Below are positions 16,282 through 25,698 of a stretch of 32,000 nt of DNA, one piece after another. The notes under the pieces are model-generated. The model was given only the letters and a program-made list of their open reading frames with translations. It was not told where the DNA came from and made no database searches. The DNA comes from Aliivibrio fischeri ES114. GTDB taxonomy: Bacteria; Pseudomonadota; Gammaproteobacteria; Enterobacterales; Vibrionaceae. Both the position numbers and the translations under genes were made by a program. Positions within the stretch are counted from its first letter, which is position 1, and each line of letters starts with the position of its first letter. The stretch lies in NCBI RefSeq assembly GCF_000011805.1, contig NC_006840.2. One strand, given 5' to 3'.

Positions 16282-17307
16282 CTAATAATGCCTCTCGAGT
16301 AAAACTGCCTCCAAGCGATCACTAATACGGTTAGGTATTTGTCGCTTGACCTCATGAACCGCTTCCTTGATGGCATTGTTAAAGGCAGATACATCTGCGC
16401 TTCCATGACTTTTAACAACAATGCCGCGCAATCCTATCAGACTTGCGCCGTTATACTGGTCGGGGTTCAGCCCTTTTAAGCAAGAAATGACATCACCAAA
16501 GAGCCATTTCGCTATAAATTGTTTAAATTTTGATGTGATCAGGTGTGATTTTAGTTGATCTAAAAATAAATGCGCTACACCTTCACTTGTTTTCAAGCAA
16601 ACATTCCCAACAAAGCCATCACACACTACTACATCTGCAATGCCTTGATAAAGCTTATCACCTTCAATATAGCCGATAAATTCAATATCTTGGCATTGAT
16701 TTAACATTTCAGCGCAACGTTTAATCTGATCGTTACCCTTAATCTCTTCTTCACCAATATTTAATAATGCGACTTTAGCTTTACGTTTCAATGTTTGCTC
16801 AGCTAATTCTGAACCCATTACTGCGAACTGAAAAAGGGTTTCAGCATCGCACGAAACATTAGCACCAAGATCTAACATCCAAGTTCTTTGATTATTTTTA
16901 GTTGGTAAAGGGCTAATTAGCGCAGGACGTTCGACACCAGGAAGAAGCTTTAATGTAAATCGAGATAATCCCATCAGCGCACCTGTATTGCCGGCACTAA
17001 TGCACGCATCTGCTTCTTTATTTGCGACCATGTCAATGGCCATTCGCATTGAGCTTCCGCGACTGTGACGTAGGGCTTTTGAAGGTTGTGTGTTATTGCC
17101 TATAACGCTCTCGCTATGAACAATAGAAAATCTTGAGTTGGGGATATAATTTAGATGTGTCAGTTGTGTAGAAATCGCGTCACGATCTCCAATAACTGTA
17201 ATTTTTAGCTCTGGGAATTGTGACAATGCCTGCACGGCGGCAGGCACTGTAACTTGGGGACCGAAATCCCCACCCATCGCATCAATTGCAATGGTTAGCT
17301 GCTGCAA
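16282..17307 (-). CDS. plsX: Phosphate acyltransferase PlsX, 341 aa (TTG start)
   Basis: (TTG)[27 protein letters not shown]...[10 protein letters not shown]...CDGFVGNV...[22 protein letters not shown] matches E. coli/Vibrio PlsX. TTG 17307 is preceded by AAGG 8 nt upstream, and there is no in-frame ATG. Confidence 0.93.
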   Translation of the reverse strand: MQQLTIAIDAMGGDFGPQVTVPAAVQALSQFPELKITVIGDRDAISTQLTHLNYIPNSRFSIVHSESVIGNNTQPSKALRHSRGSSMRMAIDMVANKEADACISAGNTGALMGLSRFTLKLLPGVERPALISPLPTKNNQRTWMLDLGANVSCDAETLFQFAVMGSELAEQTLKRKAKVALLNIGEEEIKGNDQIKRCAEMLNQCQDIEFIGYIEGDKLYQGIADVVVCDGFVGNVCLKTSEGVAHLFLDQLKSHLITSKFKQFIAKWLFGDVISCLKGLNPDQYNGASLIGLRGIVVKSHGSADVSAFNNAIKEAVHEVKRQIPNRISDRLEAVLLERHY

Positions 17308-17317
17308 AGCGTCAACC

Positions 17318-17488
17318 TTACTTGTTGATTACCTTGCGGCCACGGTAGTAACCGTCAGCTGTAACGTTGTGACGAAGGTGAGTTTCGCCACTTGTTGCGT
17401 CTACAGATACTGCACTTGTAGTTAGTGCATCGTGTGAACGACGCATGCCACGCATTGAACGTGATTTCTTGCTCTTTTGTACGGCCAT
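17318..17488 (-). CDS. rpmF: 50S ribosomal protein L32, 56 aa
   Basis: Below the ORF-track cutoff. My translation is [56 protein letters not shown], then TAA. It is near-identical to E. coli L32. A GAGGAG SD lies upstream. Confidence 0.97.
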   Translation of the reverse strand: MAVQKSKKSRSMRGMRRSHDALTTSAVSVDATSGETHLRHNVTADGYYRGRKVINK

Positions 17489-17504
17489 GGACCCTACTCC
17501 TCAA

Positions 17505-18026
17505 TTACTGTTGTTTTAAAGATTTTAAAACATCAAACGGATTCGGTTTCTCTTCCTCTTCAGGAATTTCGCCAAATACCAAATTGTTAGATTTGACCTG
17601 ACAATCTTCAATGTCATGCATAGCGACTTGCGGCAACGCTAGAATAAACTCGTCAGTTACCAGCTCAACGAGATCGACTTCACCAAACTCATTTAAATCT
17701 ACAAGCTCATAGTCCTCAGGAACTAAAGCTGCCTTCTCTTCGCTTAAAAAAGGCGTGTAGGTAAATGATACGCTTAGATGATGTTCGAAATTTTCATTAC
17801 AGCGTTGACATTCCAACAACACATCGACGTCAGCTTTACCAGAGATAACGGCTAGTCGTTGTTCGTCAACTTTAAATGACAAAGTGACTTCAGCATCACT
17901 TTTCACATCTACAGTAGATTCAGCTAAACGCTTTAAAATACTAGACTGGATGATTCCATCGTAGTCCATTCTTTTTTGAGCAGTTCGAGCAGCATCAACT
18001 GTTCGTGGTAATTTTACCTTTTGCAT
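17505..18026 (-). CDS. yceD: YceD (DUF177) large-subunit rRNA accumulation protein, 173 aa
   Basis: MQKVKLPRTVDAARTAQKRMDYDG...ECQRC...acidic C-terminus. Same length (173 aa) and same position (upstream of rpmF) as E. coli YceD. Confidence 0.9.
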   Translation of the reverse strand: MQKVKLPRTVDAARTAQKRMDYDGIIQSSILKRLAESTVDVKSDAEVTLSFKVDEQRLAVISGKADVDVLLECQRCNENFEHHLSVSFTYTPFLSEEKAALVPEDYELVDLNEFGEVDLVELVTDEFILALPQVAMHDIEDCQVKSNNLVFGEIPEEEEKPNPFDVLKSLKQQ

Positions 18027-18160
18027 AGGGCGCGCATCTTATCTTTCTAAAGCCTTCGAGTCAAAGAAAAATGGCACAAATTTATGCTTTTTTTCTTCCC
18101 AGTTGCTATTTCAGCAGAGTTGCTAATAATAAACGAAAAATTTGAGAAGAAGAACCCATT

Positions 18161-18742
18161 ATGCAATCAAAACTTATTCTGGCCTCTACATCCCCATTCC
18201 GTAAAGAGATCTTGTCAAAGATCCAACTGGATTTTGATGCAATTTCACCCGTTTGTGATGAAACTCCGCTGAAAAATGAATCACCTATCAATTTAGTAAC
18301 TCGTTTAGCAGAGACAAAAGCAAATTCATGTGGCATTGAAGATCCAAATTATTTGATAATTGGATCCGACCAAGTTTGTGTCATTAACGAAAAAATTGTA
18401 GGTAAACCACTTACTCGTGAAAAAGCGGTACAACAACTTGAAGAAGCAAGTGGCCATAAAATCACATTTTATACAGGTCTTTCAGTATTCAATACCACAA
18501 CCAAACAGGCTGACACCATCTGCGAAGAATTCAATGTTTATTTTCGACAGTTAACTCGTAAGCAAATTGAAAATTACGTGGATAAAGAAGAACCGTTTTA
18601 TTGCGCTGGCAGTTTTAAATGTGAAGGTTTAGGCATTGCTTTATTTGAGAAATTAGAAGGAAAAGATCCAAATACGCTAATTGGATTACCGCTAATCTCG
18701 CTTATCGATATGTTAGAGAAACAGGGCCTTAACGTTTTGTAA
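18161..18742 (+). CDS. yceF: Maf-family nucleoside triphosphate pyrophosphatase YceF, 193 aa
   Basis: MQSKLILASTSPFRKEIL...IIGSDQV...GKP...YCAGSFKCEGLGIALF shows the Maf signature. It is divergent from yceD as in E. coli. Confidence 0.92.
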   Translation: MQSKLILASTSPFRKEILSKIQLDFDAISPVCDETPLKNESPINLVTRLAETKANSCGIEDPNYLIIGSDQVCVINEKIVGKPLTREKAVQQLEEASGHKITFYTGLSVFNTTTKQADTICEEFNVYFRQLTRKQIENYVDKEEPFYCAGSFKCEGLGIALFEKLEGKDPNTLIGLPLISLIDMLEKQGLNVL

Positions 18743-18751
18743 TTAATAAAA

Positions 18752-18781
18752 AAGCGATAAGTAACAATCTACTTATCGCTT
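18752..18781. terminator. Bidirectional hairpin between yceF (+) and rluC (-)
   Basis: aagcgataagt-aacaatct-acttatcgctt (11-bp stem). An A-run lies upstream, giving a U-run for the minus-strand rluC transcript. Confidence 0.7.
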
Positions 18782-18821
18782 CTAGCATTTCAATTAATTC
18801 TATTAAACTTACATCGTTAGA

Positions 18822-19769
18822 TTAATTTTTACTGCGTAAGCCTTTTAATACTCGTTCTAATTTTGCTCCCATTGGTGCACTAATATCCATTAACTCTTCC
18901 GTTGCTGGATGAGTGAACTTGATGTTTGCAGCATGCAAAAATAGACGGTCTAAACCAAATTGGCCTGTATACGCATCAAATCGACGATCACCATAACGAT
19001 CATCCCAACCAATTGGGTGTCCCGTATATTGCGTATGAACACGAATTTGGTGCGTACGACCTGTAATTGGACTTGCTTGAATAAGTGTTGCTTGTTCGAA
19101 TTTCTCAAGCACCTTAAATCGAGTCTCAGATGGTTTTCCGTTTGGATTGACACGAACAATACTATTCACTTCGTTTTTTAGTAGTGGAGCATTAACAACC
19201 TTACAGCTGTTCTTCCATTGTCCCATCACCAGTGCAAAGTAATATTTTTGTACCGTTTTATTTCTAAACTGTTCTTGAAGTCGACGTAGAGCTGAGCGTT
19301 TCTTCGCAACCAATAAGATACCAGACGTATCACGGTCAATTCGGTGTACTAATTCTAAAAAACGAGCATCAGGTCGCAAAGCTCGTAATGCTTCGATCGC
19401 ACCAAATTTTAAACCACTACCACCGTGCACTGCTGTACCTGATGGTTTATTTAAAATTAAAACATGATCATCTTCATAAATAATACAATGTTCAAGCTCT
19501 GCTACTTTGCCTAATTTTACATTAGGAAGATCTGGTGCAGTTGATTCCGGCACTTTTACTGGAGGAATACGAACTACGTCGCCTTCTTGCAGTTTATATT
19601 CAGGCTTAATACGTTTTTTATTTACACGTACTTCTCCCTTACGCACGATTCGATAAATCATACTTTTAGGAACATTTTTTAAGCGGGCAAGAAGAAAATT
19701 ATCGATTCGTTGCCCTGCAAAATCGTCATCAATATCGACGAATTGCACTTTTGGTTTATCATCATTCAT
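18822..19769 (-). CDS. rluC: 23S rRNA pseudouridine synthase RluC, 315 aa
   Basis: An S4 domain (QRIDNFLLARLKNVPKSMIYRIVRKGEVRVN) plus the RluA-family catalytic motif HRIDRDTSG. It is divergent from rne as in E. coli. Confidence 0.93.
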   Translation of the reverse strand: MNDDKPKVQFVDIDDDFAGQRIDNFLLARLKNVPKSMIYRIVRKGEVRVNKKRIKPEYKLQEGDVVRIPPVKVPESTAPDLPNVKLGKVAELEHCIIYEDDHVLILNKPSGTAVHGGSGLKFGAIEALRALRPDARFLELVHRIDRDTSGILLVAKKRSALRRLQEQFRNKTVQKYYFALVMGQWKNSCKVVNAPLLKNEVNSIVRVNPNGKPSETRFKVLEKFEQATLIQASPITGRTHQIRVHTQYTGHPIGWDDRYGDRRFDAYTGQFGLDRLFLHAANIKFTHPATEELMDISAPMGAKLERVLKGLRSKN

Positions 19770-19849
19770 TGGTGTATTCTACTGCTATATTCTCATTTGA
19801 TAAAATTTTTTTAACTCAGATCTAAATAATGAAGATTGCTGCGATTTCA

Positions 19850-20212
19850 TCTGACTGTTATAGTTGCACTCAGAAATTAGCCCAGATGGCTATTTCTTCA
19901 CCTTGGTGAGCATAAAAGCACCAACACGAACTAAAAATATACTGCTCAAACGCAGTGATGCAGCAATTGGCGTAAGACATCTGTACTGCTTTGAGTTTTT
20001 TTGCTTGTTATGCCTAAACCATTTTTGATGTTTTAACGACCGTGAATTATTGCGGATCAGCACTGTTGATTAATGGTGTTGATGTGGATTGTGCCCTAGA
20101 GCATCCCTGAGTTCCAGCCGTGAGGCTGCACATGTAATCAGCCTTGGGATCTGGCACCATTTGAAATGGATTAAGATACACAAGCTCGACAATTTGTAAT
20201 GAGTATTCACTA
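19850..20212 (+). promoter_or_regulatory. rne 5' UTR autoregulatory leader (rne5-type structured element)
   Basis: The rluC-rne spacer is 443 nt. It contains GCAGCAATTGGCGTAAGAC inside an 11-bp stem (19945-19995). That resembles the E. coli hp2 sequence GCAGCAAUGGCGUAAGAC as I recall it. AATGAGTA just before the ATG resembles E. coli AAUGAGUAAG. The left boundary is approximate. Confidence 0.65.
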
Positions 20213-23197
20213 ATGAAAAGAATGTTGATTAACGCAACCCAAAAGGAAGAGTTGCGCGTCGCATTAGTTGATGGCCAACGCCTTTTCGATCTTGATATCG
20301 AAAGTCCTGGTCACGAATCTAAAAAAGCTAATATTTATAAAGGCAAAATCACACGTATCGAACCAAGCTTGGAAGCAGCTTTTGTTGATTACGGCGCTGA
20401 TCGCCATGGTTTCCTTCCCCTTAAGGAAATCGCAAAAGAATATTTTCCACAAGGCTACACATATCAAGGTCGTCCAAACATTAAGGACGTTTTGAAAGAA
20501 GGCCAAGAAGTTATTGTTCAAGTTGAAAAAGAAGAGCGCGGAAACAAAGGCGCAGCTTTAACAACGTTCATATCTCTTGCTGGTAGTTACCTTGTTCTTA
20601 TGCCAAACAACCCTCGTGCAGGCGGTATTTCTCGTCGTATCGAAGGTGAAGAGCGCACTCAATTAAAAGCAGCATTAAGCACATTAGAACTACCTCAAGG
20701 TATGGGACTAATTGTACGTACTGCAGGTGTTGGCAAATCAGCTGAAGAACTTGAGTGGGATTTAAATGTTCTACTGAACCACTGGGAAGCGGTTAAACAC
20801 GCTTCTGAATCAAACCAAGCTCCATTCCTAATTCACCAAGAAAGTAACGTAATTGTTCGCGCAATTCGTGATTACTTACGTCGTGATATTGGTGAAATCT
20901 TAATTGATAGCCCGAAAATCTTTGATCGTGCTCGTCAACATATTCAACTTATTCGTCCAGATTTCTTATCTCGCGTTAAGCTGTATGAAGGCGAAGTTCC
21001 TCTGTTTAGTCACTACCAAATCGAAAGCCAAATTGAATCAGCATTTGAGCGTGAAGTTCGTCTTCCATCTGGTGGCTCTATTGTTATTGACCCAACAGAA
21101 GCTTTAACATCAATTGATATCAACTCTGCTCGTGCAACGAAAGGTGGTGATATTGAAGAAACGGCACTAAATACAAACCTTGAAGCTGCTGACGAAATCG
21201 CACGTCAATTACGTTTACGTGACTTAGGTGGTTTAGTAGTTATCGACTTTATCGACATGACACCAGTTCGTCACCAACGTGAAGTTGAAAACCGTATGCG
21301 TGAAGCCGTTCGTATGGATCGTGCTCGTGTTCAAATCGGTCGTATTTCTCGTTTCGGTCTTCTAGAAATGTCTCGCCAACGCTTAAGCCCGTCTTTAGCA
21401 GAAGCAAGCCACCATATTTGTCCTCGTTGTACGGGTACTGGTGTGGTTCGTGATAACGAATCTCTAGCTCTGTCTGTTCTACGTTTAATTGAAGAAGAAT
21501 CATTAAAAGACAATACAACACAAGTTCTTGCTGTTGTTCCTGTTTCTATTGCTTCTTATTTATTGAATGAAAAACGACGTTCAGTTCAACACATTGAAAA
21601 ATTCCATGATGTTCGCGTAATTATTGTTCCTAACTCTGATATGGAAACGCCTCACTTTGAAGTGATTCGTATCCGTGATGGTGAAGAGCAAGAGATGCTG
21701 TCTTACCTTCTTCCTAAGAAGCTAGAAGCGCTACGTGAAGCTGAATCAAAAGAAGCTCCAGTTGTAAATATTGCTCCTAAGAAACGTGAAGAACCTGTTC
21801 TTCAAGGTTTCAGTGCACCAACTCAGGCTGCGCCAGTTGCTAAAGCACAACCAGAGAAAAAAGCAGAAGCAAAAACTGAAGAAAAACCTGGCATTATTAG
21901 CCGTTTCTTCAAAGCAATTGCTAACTTCTTCTCAGCTCCTGAAGTATCAGAGAAAACTGAAAAGAAAGTTGAAGAAGAGAAACCAGCTCAACCTCAACGT
22001 CGTAATCAAAATCGCAATAATGACCGTCGCCGTAATAACGAAAATGGTCGTAATAACCGCAACAATCGTCGTAATGGTAACGATAACCGTAACGAAAACC
22101 GTCGTGGTAAAAAGCAAGACGATGCGAATGCAACAACAGGCAAGCAAGCTAAAGCAAATGATAATAAGCCAACTAAACAGCCTAAAGTACGCAAAGAAAT
22201 TGCAGAACAAGGTCTTAAATTAGCGGCTGATGCTCAACAAGCTCCTGCACAAAACACTGAAAAGCAAACTGAAAAACGTGAAAAAACGGCTCAAGTAAAA
22301 CAGCGTCGTCAACGTCGTCAATTGCAGAAAAAAGTACGTACAGGTAAAGCGGTTGAAGCTGAAAATGATGCAGTTGTAGCAGCACAAGTTGAAGCTCAAC
22401 AATCAAACACTGAAGTAAATACTGAGAAAAACACTGAGCGTAAAGAAGGCCAACGTCGTAACCGTCGTTCACCTCGTCACCTTCGTGCAAGCGGTCAACG
22501 TCGCCGTCGTCGCGATCGTCGCCCTGTAAACCCTTCTCGTTTATCTTCTGGTGTTGCATCACCTGAAATGGCAATGGGCAAAGCTTATCCTGATTTCGCG
22601 CGTATTCTGGAAATGAAGCAAGCGAAACAACGCCAACAAGAGAAATTCGTAGATAACGAAACTCAAGCGGCTCAAGATAAAGCACCAAAAGTTAACGTTC
22701 AAATCGGTGGCGTTGCTTTCCCTGAAATGGCTATGGGTAAAGTATTACTTCCTTATGTTGAAGCATCTGTTGCTACGATTAAAGAAGCGGTACAAGCACC
22801 TGTTGTTGAAGAAGTGAAAGAGACAACTCCAGCACCAGTTGAAGTTGCTGTGACTGAAGCTCCAACTGCTACTCCTGTAGTAAACGTCGTAGCAGAAACA
22901 CCTGTTGAACCAGCGGTAGCAGAAGTAAATGAAGTTGCTGTTGCTGAAGCTGCTGTAAAACCCGTTGTTGAAGTTGAAGAAGTACAACCTGTTGTTGAAA
23001 CTAAGGTTGCTCCAAAAACTCAATACAAGGGACATGCTTCTTCTGGTATGACAAAAGCAACAGGTCCAACAGAGATTAAAGAAATCACTGTGACTGCTGC
23101 TGAGTTCAGAGCAGAACGCTTTACTCCAAAACAAGCGGGTAGCCAAACAGCCACATCTCAAGCAAGTGCTGCGATGGCAAAAACTGCCGCTTTATAA
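20213..23197 (+). CDS. rne: Ribonuclease E, 994 aa
   Basis: [61 protein letters not shown]... is near-identical to the E. coli RNase E catalytic half. The protein also has the CPRCTG Zn-link, the membrane-targeting helix [16 protein letters not shown], and an Arg-rich, low-complexity C-terminal scaffold. Confidence 0.98.
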   Translation: MKRMLINATQKEELRVALVDGQRLFDLDIESPGHESKKANIYKGKITRIEPSLEAAFVDYGADRHGFLPLKEIAKEYFPQGYTYQGRPNIKDVLKEGQEVIVQVEKEERGNKGAALTTFISLAGSYLVLMPNNPRAGGISRRIEGEERTQLKAALSTLELPQGMGLIVRTAGVGKSAEELEWDLNVLLNHWEAVKHASESNQAPFLIHQESNVIVRAIRDYLRRDIGEILIDSPKIFDRARQHIQLIRPDFLSRVKLYEGEVPLFSHYQIESQIESAFEREVRLPSGGSIVIDPTEALTSIDINSARATKGGDIEETALNTNLEAADEIARQLRLRDLGGLVVIDFIDMTPVRHQREVENRMREAVRMDRARVQIGRISRFGLLEMSRQRLSPSLAEASHHICPRCTGTGVVRDNESLALSVLRLIEEESLKDNTTQVLAVVPVSIASYLLNEKRRSVQHIEKFHDVRVIIVPNSDMETPHFEVIRIRDGEEQEMLSYLLPKKLEALREAESKEAPVVNIAPKKREEPVLQGFSAPTQAAPVAKAQPEKKAEAKTEEKPGIISRFFKAIANFFSAPEVSEKTEKKVEEEKPAQPQRRNQNRNNDRRRNNENGRNNRNNRRNGNDNRNENRRGKKQDDANATTGKQAKANDNKPTKQPKVRKEIAEQGLKLAADAQQAPAQNTEKQTEKREKTAQVKQRRQRRQLQKKVRTGKAVEAENDAVVAAQVEAQQSNTEVNTEKNTERKEGQRRNRRSPRHLRASGQRRRRRDRRPVNPSRLSSGVASPEMAMGKAYPDFARILEMKQAKQRQQEKFVDNETQAAQDKAPKVNVQIGGVAFPEMAMGKVLLPYVEASVATIKEAVQAPVVEEVKETTPAPVEVAVTEAPTATPVVNVVAETPVEPAVAEVNEVAVAEAAVKPVVEVEEVQPVVETKVAPKTQYKGHASSGMTKATGPTEIKEITVTAAEFRAERFTPKQAGSQTATSQASAAMAKTAAL

Positions 23198-23239
23198 TTT
23201 TTTAGGCAAACGCCTTTAAAACAAATAACCAATAAAATT

Positions 23240-23274
23240 AAGCAAGTTACGTTTCGACGTAACTTGCTTTTTTT
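23240..23274 (+). terminator. Rho-independent terminator of rne
   Basis: aagcaagttacg-tttcga-cgtaacttgctt followed by T-run (12-bp perfect stem). Confidence 0.9.
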
Positions 23275-23295
23275 ATATCTAATTCCGAATAAACA

Positions 23296-23324
23296 TTGAA
23301 GTTCATCACGCTTTTCTGTACGAT
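23296..23324 (+). promoter_or_regulatory. Candidate sigma70 promoter for the SulP gene
   Basis: TTGAAG, a 17-nt spacer, then TACGAT, counted directly. It lies about 50 nt upstream of ATG 23374. The TTG that opens the long track ORF at 23296 is the -35 hexamer. Confidence 0.35.
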
Positions 23325-23373
23325 TCGCCGCACACTATGCTTGAAAAACAACCAAAGAAGATATCTAAAAAAC

Positions 23374-24921
23374 ATGTTTGAATTTCCAAAATTTTCTAAT
23401 CATTCTGTAAAGAATGATGTCTTATCAGGTCTAACCGTTGCGCTAGCCTTGGTACCTGAAGCTGTAGCTTTTGCCTTTGTTGCAGGTGTTGACCCAATGG
23501 TAGGCTTATATGCTGCCTTCATCGTAGGTTTAATTACTTCTCTTATTGGTGGCCGTCCAGGTATGATCTCTGGTGCAACGGGTGCTATGGCTGTAGTAAT
23601 GGTTAGCTTAGTTTCTGTTCACGGCGTTCAATACCTTTTTGCTGCCATTATGCTCGCCGGTATTCTTCAAATTTCAGCTGGTTTATTTAAGCTTGGTAAA
23701 TTCATTCGTATCGTGCCACACCCTGTAATGATCGGATTTGTAAACGGCCTTGCTATTGTTATCTTCCTTGCTCAACTTGGTCAATTTAAAGCGCCCGATG
23801 CATTAGGTAACCTGGATTGGCTTCAAGGCGATCAAATGATGTTAATGCTTGGCCTTGTTGCTGTAACTATGGCTATCATTCATTTCTTACCAAAGTTAAC
23901 AACTGCAGTTCCATCGTCATTGGTTGCTATTATTGTTGTTACAGGCTTAGTGCAAGGTTTAGATTTAGACACTCGTACTGTAGTAGATTTTCTACGTACA
24001 ATGAGTGGTAATGATTCAGCAACACTAGCAGGTTCTTTACCAACATTTGCATTACCGGTTGTTCCTCTGTCATTAGAAACACTTTACATCATCTTCCCAT
24101 ATGCGCTTATCTTAGCGGCAATAGGTCTTATCGAATCCCTTCTAACATTAACGGTAATTGATGAGATGACAGGTACTCGTGGTCAATCAAATCGTGAGTG
24201 TGTTGGTCAAGGTGTTGCAAACGTAACATGTTCTGTATTTGGCGCTATGGGCGGCTGTGCAATGATTGGTCAATCAATGATTAACGTAAACTCTGGTGGT
24301 CGTGGTCGTTTATCTGGCATCGTAGCTGCTGTAATGCTGTTAGTCTTCATCCTATTTGCTTCTTCACTAATTGAGATGATCCCTCTAGCTGCTCTTGTTG
24401 GTGTTATGTTCATGGTAGTTATTGGTACATTTGAATGGGCAACATTCAAACTTGCACGCCGAGTACCAAAACAAGACTTCTTCGTGATTGTACTTGTAAC
24501 CGTTGTTACTGTGTTTACTGACCTTGCTGTAGCAGTAGCTGTTGGTGTTATTGCATCAGCACTTATGTTTGCATGGCAACACGCTAAACACATCTTCTCT
24601 ACAAACTCTGTAAACGAAGAAGGTTCTAAAGTTTATGAGATTAATGGTCCAATTTTCTTTGGTTCAGCAGCAAACTTCTTAGAGTTATTCGACGTTGAAA
24701 ATGATCCTCAAGACATCATTATTGACTTCGCAGCATCACGTGTTGTTGACCATTCAGCTATTGAAGCCGTTGATACTATCGCTGAGCGTTATTCTAAGGC
24801 AGGTAAAAAAGTACATCTTCGTCACTTAAGCCAAGATTGCCATGCTCTTCTAAATAAAGCAGGTAGCTTAGTTGAAATCAATGTACAAGAAGACCCTATC
24901 TATAAAGTTGTGAGCCAATAA
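23374..24921 (+). CDS. SulP-family inorganic anion (sulfate/bicarbonate-type) transporter with C-terminal STAS domain, 515 aa
   Basis: [39 protein letters not shown]... is a typical SulP N-terminus. The protein is multi-pass hydrophobic with a soluble tail, [17 protein letters not shown]...HLRHLS, which looks like STAS. I prefer ATG 23374 to the track's 23296 TTG extension. Confidence 0.88.
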   Translation: MFEFPKFSNHSVKNDVLSGLTVALALVPEAVAFAFVAGVDPMVGLYAAFIVGLITSLIGGRPGMISGATGAMAVVMVSLVSVHGVQYLFAAIMLAGILQISAGLFKLGKFIRIVPHPVMIGFVNGLAIVIFLAQLGQFKAPDALGNLDWLQGDQMMLMLGLVAVTMAIIHFLPKLTTAVPSSLVAIIVVTGLVQGLDLDTRTVVDFLRTMSGNDSATLAGSLPTFALPVVPLSLETLYIIFPYALILAAIGLIESLLTLTVIDEMTGTRGQSNRECVGQGVANVTCSVFGAMGGCAMIGQSMINVNSGGRGRLSGIVAAVMLLVFILFASSLIEMIPLAALVGVMFMVVIGTFEWATFKLARRVPKQDFFVIVLVTVVTVFTDLAVAVAVGVIASALMFAWQHAKHIFSTNSVNEEGSKVYEINGPIFFGSAANFLELFDVENDPQDIIIDFAASRVVDHSAIEAVDTIAERYSKAGKKVHLRHLSQDCHALLNKAGSLVEINVQEDPIYKVVSQ

Positions 24922-24955
24922 ATAGGCACATAGCTCAAATTCATTGATAGACTTT

Positions 24956-24990
24956 AAAAATCCCGATATGGTTCTCCTGTCGGGATTTTT
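24956..24990 (+). terminator. Terminator after SulP gene
   Basis: aaaaatcccga-(13-nt loop)-tcgggattttt, with a T-run continuing. Confidence 0.8.
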
Positions 24991-25021
24991 TATATTCACC
25001 TTTCTTTTAATGGAATAAAAC

Positions 25022-25627
25022 ATGACTGAACAAGATAAAAAAGTCGAACGTTACAAACAACGTCAAGAAAAAATTAAAAACAACGTTGATAAACGTGTGG
25101 CCGAGGCTCAAGAAGAAAAAGGTCTACTCTTAATCATTACAGGAAATGGTAAAGGAAAAACCACATCAGGCTTTGGTACTGTCGCTAGAGCAGTTGGTCA
25201 TGGACTTAATTGCATAGTAGCTCAATTTATCAAAGGCACTTGGGATTGCGGTGAACGAAATTTATTAGAAATGCATAACGTGCCATTCTATGTAATGAAA
25301 ACTGGCTTTACTTGGAATACTCAAGATAAAGAATCAGATACAAAAGCAGCTCAAGCCGTATGGGAAGAATGTAAAAAAGCGCTCGAAGATGAGTCTATCG
25401 ATTTAGTTTTGCTTGATGAAATGACGTATATGGTCACCTATGGCTATATTGATTTGAAAGAAGTAAAAACAGCACTATCGAATCGTCCTAAAATGCAATC
25501 TGTCGTTATTACAGGACGAGCAGCACATCGTGAGTTAATTGAAATGGCGGATACCGTTTCTGAAGTGCGAAGTGTTAAACATGCATTCGATTCTGGTATT
25601 AAAGCGTTAAAAGGCATTGATTGGTAA
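25022..25627 (+). CDS. btuR: Cob(I)yrinic acid a,c-diamide adenosyltransferase (BtuR/CobO), 201 aa
   Basis: ...LLLIITGNGKGKTTSGFG (modified P-loop)...AQFIKG...LVLLDEMTY...VITGR...HAFDSGIKALKGIDW matches the CobA/BtuR family as remembered. Confidence 0.9.
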   Translation: MTEQDKKVERYKQRQEKIKNNVDKRVAEAQEEKGLLLIITGNGKGKTTSGFGTVARAVGHGLNCIVAQFIKGTWDCGERNLLEMHNVPFYVMKTGFTWNTQDKESDTKAAQAVWEECKKALEDESIDLVLLDEMTYMVTYGYIDLKEVKTALSNRPKMQSVVITGRAAHRELIEMADTVSEVRSVKHAFDSGIKALKGIDW

Positions 25628-25639
25628 TGTCTAAAACAA

Positions 25640-25673
25640 AAATGGCCTACAATCTTAATGATGCAGGCCATTT
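25640..25673. terminator. Hairpin between btuR (+) and asmA (-)
   Basis: aaatggcct-(16-nt loop)-aggccattt, flanked by an A-run and tctttat. Confidence 0.55.
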
Positions 25674-25698
25674 CTTTATATGATGCTATAGATCAAAC

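Noticed and set aside
18084-18336. 62-aa (+) and 76-aa (-) ORFs in the yceD/yceF divergent region
   Set aside because: They overlap the yceF 5' end or its promoter region in the wrong frame or strand, and yceF accounts for the coding signal.
20264-23161. About a dozen 60-157-aa ORFs on both strands inside rne
   Set aside because: All lie within the uninterrupted, highly conserved RNase E frame. The ones in the C-terminal half arise from repetitive, stop-poor codon composition (the R/N/E/K/V/A-rich scaffold).
23296-23373. 26-codon extension of the SulP ORF ([26 protein letters not shown])
   Set aside because: It starts at a TTG that is better explained as the -35 hexamer of a TTGAAG-17-TACGAT promoter. 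The SulP homology begins at the MFEFPKF methionine.
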